A model generated the notes under the pieces. It worked only from the letters and a program-made list of their open reading frames with translations. It had not been told where the DNA came from and did not search any database. The position numbers and the translations under genes were made by a program. DNA of 64,000 nt from Eledone cirrhosa (Eukaryota): assembly GCA_964016885.1 (NCBI GenBank), contig OZ024742.1:185628001-185692000 (forward strand). Direction: 5' to 3'. Shown in pieces: positions 54,834 to 64,000 of the stretch (position 1 is its first letter; every line of letters starts with the position of its first letter).

Positions 54834-54935
54834 TACATACATACATACATACATACATACATACATACATACATACATACATACATACATACATACATAC
54901 ATCCTTCCTCAGTTTTATATATATACATATATAGA
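54086..54935 (-). mobile_element. Non-autonomous Helitron-like element
   Basis: The minus strand starts A|TC(tatat), contains microsatellites and internal repeats (gtaacgcctcaaaag..tcacctaatgcg), and ends with the GC hairpin cccgtgcaacgcctgg followed by CTAG|T. Confidence 0.7.
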
Positions 54936-55412
54936 TTAAAATAGCAGATTAAAGTTAAAGCAAAGAATCGCTGCTTTCACCCTTAACGGATCTTTTTAAA
55001 ACTAAAAACATTGTGAACGCAGAAGTAAATATTTCGAAAAACGTTGCAACCGAAGGAAAACAGGAAGACGATACTTTGGTTCGTGAAGACTTTCCCTGGC
55101 AATGAACGAAAAATAGTGAACATAATACGTCATCAATGTTCGTCAGAATGTCGTAATGAAGACAGCCAGGCACACGGACAGATATTATGAGAGCGCTACG
55201 GAGATGGATAACCGGCGCCTAACACCCCTTTAACAACAGAAAATTGAAAAGTAAAAGCTGCAGTTAATATTTTTAGACCACAAGGAATATATAAATGCAA
55301 GTTTGAAGACAATCGGAGTAGAAATGTGGATTTGTATAGACTTTGCAAAAATGAGGACACACACACAGACAACTTTTATATATATCGTTAGTTGGATAGA
55401 TTGTTGTCATAA

Positions 55413-55790
55413 TTACAAAAATGATACGCGATGGGGCCCACCCACAGCCCCGGCGGACAGAATAGAGAAGGCGTTTCCCCGGAGGACGGCAAGGGAGATG
55501 CGCTGGAAAAGCCACTCCAACTCGTGGGGCTCACACCTGCGGCTGGCCAGCTCAGCGCCTATGGTGGTGAGTAAGGAGGTAGCCCTGAGGCCGAGGACAC
55601 CAGAAGTCTCCACTGCCAGTGGTACGACCACAAACCTGTCGGAGAGCGACCGGTATTTGAGGAGTTTGGCCTCCTCAGCCCGACGTGCAGCAGAACCTGG
55701 GTCAGTCGCAGACTGCACCAGGTTGCGGCTGCAGAAAGTGTCGGTATCCCAGACGAGGGGTTTGTCACCGCTGAACGGGAAGATGGTCAT
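55413..55790 (-). pseudogene. CRE/NeSL-like non-LTR retrotransposon restriction-like endonuclease C-terminus
   Basis: GDKPLVWD..AARRAEEAKLLKYRSLSDRFVVVPLAVETSGVLG..WLFQRISLAVLRGNA. A degenerate copy lies at about 57400-57630 on the minus strand. Confidence 0.8.
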
Positions 55791-56079
55791 AGATTACAGT
55801 TTTTATGTGGGGATGGGAGTGGGGTCCTATTTGCAAAGACATAACTTTTAATTTATTTCATGAAATAGAAGTTAACATTTTTTTTTCTTTTTGTTACGGT
55901 TTGCTCTCTTCCGAAACCTCTCTGGGGTCTTAGAATACGCAATATTTGTACGTCCATCTCACGCCTCTCGAGACAGGTTGCAGGCCGACAACCAATTTTT
56001 CCAGCATGACCGAAAGAATGCGACCGTGAATACAAGCGGCCAAAATAGGGTTCCTCAAAAGGGTTTTTTTGAATAACAT

Positions 56080-56440
56080 TACACGATAGAATGCATGGCT
56101 CAGAGATCTGAGAGTCGCTCCAGTTAGAGCCGCTACTTCTTCGAATTGAGAGATCACAGCTCTGATATTACGGGCATGTGATTAGAATCTCTCAAGAAAG
56201 AATCGCTGGACAGATTCTACGAGCAAAACCAACCGGCAAGAGACCCAGGCGTAGACCCCTAACAAGATGGTTGAATAAAATCCATGTGCTCGGTTGGACT
56301 CGCTTGGGGATCCAATCGGATCAATCAGAGACAGTTGCTTCTGACAGGACCCGCTTGAAGGAGTGCTTGAGGGCTCTGTCCTCGCGACCCTCTCAGGAAT
56401 AAGTGGGAGAAGAAGAAGAAGAAGAAGAAGAAGAAGAAGA
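56080..56440 (+). pseudogene. RTE-like LINE 3' fragment with (GAA)n tail
   Basis: IERSQL*YYGHVIRISQERIAGQIL..GKRPRRRPLTRW..VASDR. Confidence 0.78.
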
Positions 56441-57118
56441 ATTTAGCATTATATAATTGTGTATAATGCAGTTTACAGTTGAAAGTATACTATTTATAGC
56501 TAATTCGCCAGCTGATTTCACCTTTAAAATGATTACTAGCGAGAAAAATTAAGATTACATAAGCAAGTATTATAGATAGTAACTCTGTTAAACAGTAAAG
56601 AAGTAATATGGAATTTTGTGTGGTCTTATCTATATATGCATACGTTCATTGTAAAAATGAAACAAAAATAAATCAATAAGTATTTTTGTATATATTTTGT
56701 CGCCACCATTAGAATATATAAATAGTGTTTTGGAAGGTATTTGAGTTAACATAGAACTGCTCTACATTATCATGACTTCTCTAGCGAAATGAGGAGACAA
56801 ATCAATAAGGAAAAGGAATTTCATAGAAACTAAATAAGATACGCAGGTGTTACTATGGAACCAGTAATTGGTTAGACATTTTTTTGCAAGGTAACTAATC
56901 TGAGTTATAGCTTTGGAATATAATATTCATTACCAAAAACCGATTTTTTTCAAGCTCTAGTATATATAAGTATATACGAAGTATTATTAAACATTAGTAT
57001 TATATGTGTGCGTGTGTGTGTGTGCATGAGAAAAGTCAACAAGGAAAGACAACACGGGAGAACAATACATTTTAATGATGATATATATTAGTTTAATGCT
57101 TGATATAGCAGTAAAAGT

Positions 57119-57156
57119 GTCTTAACGTTTCGAATGTTAGTCCTTCGTCGGAAGAT
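57119..57156 (-). ncRNA. Decayed minimal hammerhead (family of 26566-26603)
   Basis: tctt CcGACGA a ggac-taac-attc GAA acgt T aaga. Confidence 0.62.
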
Positions 57157-57778
57157 AGAGTGAGAGAGGGGAGAAGAAATAGAAACATAGGCGAGAATAA
57201 GGAAAAAAAGAAAACGGATTAATATTTCAGGAGAAAAACACGTGTAAGCTAAGAAAAAAAGAAGAAAACAACCGGAGAGTATTCAAACATCGCCACTCCA
57301 ATGGTACGTGCCCGGACGATGTGGGGCAAACACTCTTTGGTATGTAGAACCCCGGGCACAAGTCGCCCGTTCTATCAGTAGATATAATGGAGAAAACGGT
57401 GCCTCGGAGGATTATGAGGGAGACTCGTTGAAATAAAACATTCCAGCTTACGTACTAACTCCACTCCGATAGTAATGAGGTCGGGGGGATGAAGAACGCC
57501 AGAAGTCTCCACCGCAACAAGTTCGACGATAAACCTATCGGAGAGTGGCCAGTACTTCATCAGCTTGTGATATTCGGTTTGTCGGGCTGTGAAGCTTGGA
57601 TGTGTCACCGTATGCACCAAGTTGCCACTGGATACATTTTGGAAACGTGCAGGTCAGAACGAGACTCCCATATTAAAGAATTACAAAAGAGGAGATAAGC
57701 ATCGTGGAATTACAGTAGAATTCCTGTGTGTTGTTTGTTTGTTTATATATGGTATCAAGATGTTTGTGTGCGTTACAC

Positions 57779-58152
57779 CAGCGGTTGCCAACCTCACGGA
57801 CCACTAAATTCATTATTTTACATCCCACGGACCACTAATATGAATGTTTTTAACTAGATAAATACATTTGTAAAATAATTGTTTCTACATTTGTAAAATA
57901 ATGATCAGAGAACTTCCATTTTACTAAACAATACTGAAGCGTACGTGTGTCATATTTTCGATAGATGATACATATGTGTAAAATTATTTCATCGATGTTA
58001 GTTCTTTACTGAGGAGAAACTTTTTTTTAGGGGTGTCATCAAATATATTTAACCAAATATTATTTTTGTTTTATATAAAAATTGCAAATAACGTCCACAT
58101 TTTTATGCGGAGCACCAACATTTTTTCTTGGATCACCGGTTGGCGACCGCTG
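57779..58152. mobile_element. hAT (Charlie-like) MITE
   Basis: TIRs cagcggttgccaacc and ggttggcgaccgctg. The 8-bp flanks cgttacac and cgctagag fit a decayed target duplication with central TA. Confidence 0.7.
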
Positions 58153-58342
58153 CGCTAGAGCATGGTGTGTTTGAAGAGATGTGTAGTGTTGTCTCTGTGC
58201 GAGAGTGAGTGACAGGTTAACCTGTTGAGTGCGTATGTGTGCGTATCTGCATATGCACACATGTAAGCTTAGTCAAATGAGTTATCAGAACGTCAATAGA
58301 ATGCTTTACATTATTCGTTCTGATTATAATCAGTGTAATCAT

Positions 58343-60112
58343 CACCGTGTAACAAAAAAAAAATGTTCTCTGTTCCTGGCTTGTAATCACTTTTTTGTGT
58401 TGCTTAGGTCCCAAATAAATTTTTAAAAAAAGTGCTATTAAACAGTTAAAAGTTTGGGTTTGTAAAAATTCTAAGCTATTCACTAGAATTATTTGTATGC
58501 TGGATTTTACGTTGTATGTAAGTTTAATTTGCTTATGTTAAGTGATTTTTTTATATATGTTTCAGGTTAAATTAAAGTTATAAAATAAAGAGTAATACCT
58601 AAAGAAAATTATAAAAGTGTAATAAAGTATAAAATTGTTAAAAAGTGGATTAAAGAGATTTATTGATACTGGGGTACCAGAAAAAGTTCCTCACTTCCCA
58701 AACCAAAAAGAAGTCAATGACTTGGTCAGGGATATGGGTCTGACCAAGTTCAATGCAGAGCTATTCGTCTCCAGGATGAAGCAGTGGAACTTGGTCAAGG
58801 AGGAAGTGCAGGTGACAAGTCAGAGAAGTCGACACGAACCTTTCTCAGGCTTTTACACTCTTGGGGATGGCCTCTGCTTCTGCCATGACGTGCCTGGACT
58901 GTTTGGCGTTATTGGGGTGCCGTTTGTGCCCAAGGAGTGGCGGCTATTTATAGACAGCTCCACCACAAGTTTGAAGGCTGTCCTCCTCCACAATGGAAAC
59001 AAGTTCCCAACACTGCCCCTAGCTCATTCAGTCTGCCTGAAGGAAGATTACTACAGTGTGAAAGTCCTCTTGGAAGCTCTGCAATACAACCAGTAGAATT
59101 GGGAAATCATTGGAGACTTCAAGATGGTGGCTTTCCTGCTTGGACTCCAATGAGGCTTTATCAAATTCCAATGCTTCCTCTGCCTTTGGGACAGCAGAGC
59201 CACCTCTGACCACTACAAAAGAACAGAATTTGTAGTTGGGACGTCATGTGGGAGCCACTGATTGATCCCAGGATTGTGCTCATGCCGCCACTGCACATTA
59301 AGTTGGGGTTGATGAAGCAGTTTGTGAAGGCTCCCAACCAAGAATCAGCCACTTTTAAGTACCTTCTTGAGTTCTTCCCCAAGTTATCTGAGACCAAAAT
59401 CAAAGGTGGAATTTTTGTTGGACCTCAGATAAAGAAGGTGTTTGAGTCTACCGAGTTCTCCAATAAGCTCAATAAGATAGAGAGAACAGCATGGAACTGT
59501 TTCAAGGCAGTTGTTAAGGGCTTCCTGGGCAACTACCGAGCTGAAAACTACCAGCAACTGGTGCAGGATCTGATAAAGGCTTTTGGCGCCATGGGATGCA
59601 GGATGTCGCTTAAACTCCATATGCTGGACGCTCACCTGGAAAAATTCAAGGACAATATGGGCGCCTACTCAGAAGAACAAGGCGAACGATTCCACCAAGA
59701 TGTGAAAGAGATATAGCGGAGGTACCAGGGCCACTACAATGAAAAAATGATGGGGGACTAGATCTGGGGGCTAGTGCGGGAATGCGACCTGGACCACAAC
59801 CGCAAATCCAGGAAATCCAGTCATTTCTGGCGTGTATAAGTTGCTTTATAAGTGTTATTTGTTTTTACTTGTTTGCTTTTGATAAGGTTGTGTAATAAAA
59901 TAAATATATACTCTGTTGATTTAATTATATGAACTGATACATTTTTTTTAAATGTGTTTTTTCTTGAAAAATATGAAAATTTCGAAATATCAAACTCCTG
60001 ACCACAAACCCGAACTTCTGATTAAATAATAGTGTTTTTTTTTAAATAATGGGATATAACAAACTAGTAAATGACACTTAGAACCGGGGAACAAAAAATA
60101 TGTTACACGGTG
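58343..60112 (+). mobile_element. Chapaev3-like (CMC superfamily) DNA transposon with a pseudogenised transposase
   Basis: TIRs caccgtgtaaca and tgttacacggtg. The transposase at about 58680-59830 has NDLVRD..WRLFIDSS..LKAVLLHNGN..GDFKMV..CFLCLWDSRA..PPLHIKLGLMKQFVKA..SEEQGERFHQD, with stops and a frameshift. The family name is from motif recall. Confidence 0.8.
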
Positions 60113-61549
60113 TTATCTGCACTTTAAATTCAAATCCCACTGACCTCAACTTTGCCTTTCATCTTTTCGTGGTCGTTAAAAACAGTACCAGTCTAATATA
60201 TTTTTATTCTTCCTCTATATCTCTTTCTCACTTCCCCTTTACTGGAAGAAATCAGCTGTGCTCAAAACTGAAGAGGGGTGGGCTCCGTCGGGTTTAAAAT
60301 GCCGAAAACACTATAGTACCTTTACGACTCCACCAGAAGTTACGGTTCATATATACATGCCATAATATTTGTGGTCACTACGTACAGAAGTTGACTTTGC
60401 GTTTTATCTTTTCGGAGTCGATGAATGAAGTACAAATCCAGGGGCAGTGGATCTGTGGAATTGTTAGAGCTTTGCGATACCTATTCCAGCTCTATGCGTT
60501 CTGAGTCCAAGTCCTATCCCCTTTTTCTAGGAATTCCAACTGGCAGATAATATCAGTAATGGAAACTATCAAAATAACAACAACAAAATATCGGTTTCAC
60601 GCTTACCCCCTGCTTTTCTTTGAATACATGGTAATAGTTTTACTATCAAGACTTTAAGATATACAATTAGATTTGTTCCATAGCAAAGTTATAAATGTTT
60701 TAAAGATAAACATCATTAGATATATTGAATCAGTAGCATTCCTGTTGTTTGGTGTAAATATAATTTGTAACCGATAACAAATTAGCTTACATTAGATATG
60801 CAAATTAGAACTCAAAGCGCACAGAGACGACACAAAGATCGCAACCTATTTTGTGCTACACTCTGTCAATTCACCGCCTTTAAGTCACGGGTTCTCTCCC
60901 GTTGCGTGCCATCTTGAGCAAGTAGAATTTTACACAGCCTTTGATCGATCCATGCTTTGTGAGTGAAATTGAACAAATGAAAACTGTTTGGAAGCCCGTT
61001 AAATAGACTGGGTGGTTGGGTGGTTGATATGGGTGGTTAGTTGGTTGGCTGGTTGGTTGATTAATTGGTTGGGTGGCTGGTCGACTGGTTGGGTGGTAGA
61101 TTAATCATTGTTTTCACCTCCCTCTATACAGCCCTTCCCTCCACACAAGTGGTGGTGGTTGTGCTGGGGATGGAGCATCTAAAACCATCCTCTATCCCCC
61201 CCCCACACACACATACACACCAGTGGCGGTATTGGTGTTGGTGGTGGTGCTGGTGGTGGTGGTGGTTGTGTGACACCATGTTAAACCATCCTCTATACAA
61301 CCCTTCCCCCTACTCCAGTGGTGGTAGTAGCAGTGATGGTGGTGGTGGTGGTGGTGGTGGTGGTATAGAAATATATAACACGCTCCTCTGTGCAACACGC
61401 CCCCCCCCCCCTCACACCAGTAGTATGTGGGGTGAAAACATGTTAAAATATGGTGATATTTTCTCAACTCTCCACTGTAATTGTCTACAGAAGATGAAAT
61501 ATCGATTTGCACACTGTCAGGTTGGCGGCAGATTTCACAGAGATATTAT

Positions 61550-61700
61550 AAACATCAACAATAACACCAACAACAATAACATCAAATACAACAACAGCAA
61601 CAATAACAACAACAAAAGCAGAATCAACAATACCCACAACAACAACAATTACAACAACAACAACAGCATCAACAATAACAACAACTGCAACAATACCACC

Positions 61701-61736
<36 letters not shown>

Positions 61737-61792
61737 GACGACGACGACGACAACAACAACAACAACAACAATACCAACAACAACATAACATC

Positions 61793-61823
<31 letters not shown>

Positions 61824-62405
61824 GTAACAGCATCAACAATAACAACAACAACAGCAACATCAACAACAACAACAACATCAATAATAACAACAACAGCATC
61901 AACAATACCAACAACAGCAGCAACAATACCACCACCACCAACAACAACAACAACAGCAACATCAACAATACCAACAACAACAGCATCAACAATACCAACA
62001 ACAGCAGCAACAATACCACCACCACCAACAACAACAACAACAACAGCAACATCAACAATACCAACAACAACAGCAACAATACCACCACCACCAACAACAA
62101 CGACAACGACAACAACAACAGCAACATCAACAATAACAACAACAACAGCAACATCAGCAATAACAACAACAACAACAGCATCAACAATACCAACAACAAC
62201 CACACCAGCAACAACACTATCACAAGAACAAACAACAACAATCATACCAACAATAACCACCCACAAATTACTACAACAACAACAGCCACACTAACAGCAA
62301 CAACACGAACAATCATCAGAACAACTAAATGAACAACCAACAAATACACCGACTACAACCGCCGCCAACACCACCACCACAACAACAACAACAGCCACAC
62401 CAACA
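61550..62405. repeat. (AAC/ACC)n-derived low-complexity repeat
   Basis: Direct reading. It produces spurious Thr/Asn-rich ORFs. Confidence 0.9.
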
Positions 62406-62479
62406 TCAGGGGGAAGGGGTGAGGAGGATGGAGATATGAGGGGGGGTGAGTAGGAGGGGTGGAAAGAGGTGGATGGGGG

Positions 62480-63155
62480 TGAGGAGGAGGAGGTGAAGGG
62501 AGAAGGGGAACAAGCGGTGGAGGGGGTGAGAACAGGAAAATAAGAGGAGGGGGTAGGGGGTGAAGGGAGAAGGGGAACAAGAGGTGGAGAGGGTGAGAAC
62601 AGGAAAATAGGAGGAGGAGGAGGTGAAGGGAGAAGGGGAACAAGAGGTGGAGGGGGTGAGAACAGGAAAATAGGAGGAGGAGGAGGTGAAGGAAGAAGGG
62701 GAACAAGAGGTGGAGGGGGTGAGAACAGGAAAATAGGAGGAGGAGGAGGTGAAGGAAGAAGGGGAACAAGAGGTGGAGGGGGTGAAAATAGGAGGAGGAG
62801 GAGGAGTAGGAGGTGAAGGGAGAAGGGGAACAAGAGGTGGAGGAGGTGAGAACAGGAAAATAGGAGGAGGAGGAGGAGGAGGAGTGGGAGGTGAAGGGAG
62901 AAGGGGAACAAGAGGTGGAGGAGGTGAGAACAGGAAAATAGGATGAGGAGGAGGAGGAGGAGGAGGAGTAGGAGGTGAAGGGAGAAGGGGAACAAGAGGT
63001 GGAGGGGGTGAGAACAGGAAAATAGGAGGAGGAGGAGGAGGAGGAGTAGGAGGTGAAGGGAGAAGGGGAACAAGAGGTGGAGGGGGTGAGAACAGGAAAA
63101 TAGGAGGAGGAGGAGGAGGAGGAGGCGGGGAAGGAGGAGGAGGAAGAAGAGGAGG
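62480..63155. repeat. Purine-rich minisatellite of about 54-65 bp with variable (GGA)n
   Basis: Unit ggtgaagggagaaggggaacaagaggtggagggggtgagaacaggaaaata(gga)n. Confidence 0.92.
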
Positions 63156-63324
63156 AACAATAATTAATGCAATAATTGATAACGTAGTAACTAATAAAAC
63201 CAACAATAGAAGCAATATCAATGGCCACAGAGAGAATAATTAAAACAAATGGTGGTGGTGGTGGTGGGGATGGAAGTTGGATTTGGTAGCGGTTGTGGTG
63301 TGGGGGGACAGTGATAGTGGTGGT

Positions 63325-64000
63325 GGTAATAATGGTTGTGGGGAGAGGTAATGGTGGTAGTGGTGGCGGTTGTTGCGGTGGAAGGTAATGGTGGTTGTGG
63401 GGAGAGGTAATGGTGGTAGTGGTGGCGGATGTTGCGGTGGAAGGTAATGGTGGTTGTGGGGAGAGGTAATGGTGGTAGTGGTGGCGGTTGTTGCGGTGGA
63501 AGGTAATGGTGGTTGTGGGGTGGAGTAGTGGTGGTAGTGGTGGCGGATGTTGCGGTGGAAGGTAATGGTGGTTGTGGGGAGAAGTAATGGTGGTAGTGGT
63601 GGCGGATGTTGCGGTGGAAGGTAATGGTGGTTGTGGGGAGAGGTAATGGTGGTAGTGGTGGCGGTTGTTGCGGTGGAAGGTAATGGTGGTTGTGGGGAGA
63701 GGTAATGGTGGTAGTGGTGGCGGTTGTTGCGGTGGAAGGTAATGGTGGTTGTGGGGAGAAGTAATGGTGGTAGTGGTGGCGGTTGTTGCGGTGGAAGGTA
63801 ATGGTGGTTGTGGGGAGAGGTAATGGTGGTAGTGGTGGCGGTTGTTGCGGTGGAAGGTAATGGTGGTTGTGGGGAGAAGTAATGGTGGTAGTGGTGGCGG
63901 TTGTTGCGGTGGAAGGTAATGGTGGTTGTGGGGAGAGGTAATGGTGGTAGTGGTGGCGGTTGTTGCGGTGGAAGGTAATGGTGGTTGTGGGGAGAGGTAA
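63325..64000. repeat. 59-bp G/T-rich minisatellite running off the window
   Basis: Unit ggtaatggtggttgtggggagaggtaatggtggtagtggtggcggttgttgcggtggaa. Confidence 0.95.

Noticed and set aside
61065-63228. Long mucin-like Thr-rich and Pro/Ser/Leu-rich ORFs
   Set aside because: They arise from stop-poor simple repeats and minisatellites that are open in several frames on both strands, with no domain or splice evidence.

Overview
This is AT-rich, repeat-saturated animal DNA with no convincing host gene. The tRNA-derived CORE- and Meta-type SINEs and the very high (TA)n/(CA)n content suggest a coleoid cephalopod, probably an octopus (inference). Most ORFs in the track are microsatellite artefacts. 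All recognisable coding sequence is decayed transposon sequence: Penelope-like (PLE) RT and GIY-YIG fragments, R4/Dong-, RTE- and CRE-like LINE fragments, and a Chapaev3-like transposase. The main signal is about 20 type I hammerhead ribozyme (HHR) motifs, intact or decayed, from at least 10 sequence families. Most lie in the outward-facing arms of fold-back (inverted-repeat) insertions of 0.1-3.4 kb embedded in (TA)n tracts. Three of these structures still carry PLE GIY-YIG sequence, which links the small non-coding fold-backs to PLE retrotransposition. Most families have their own self-complementary stem III. All structures were read by eye, and coordinates may be off by a few bases.
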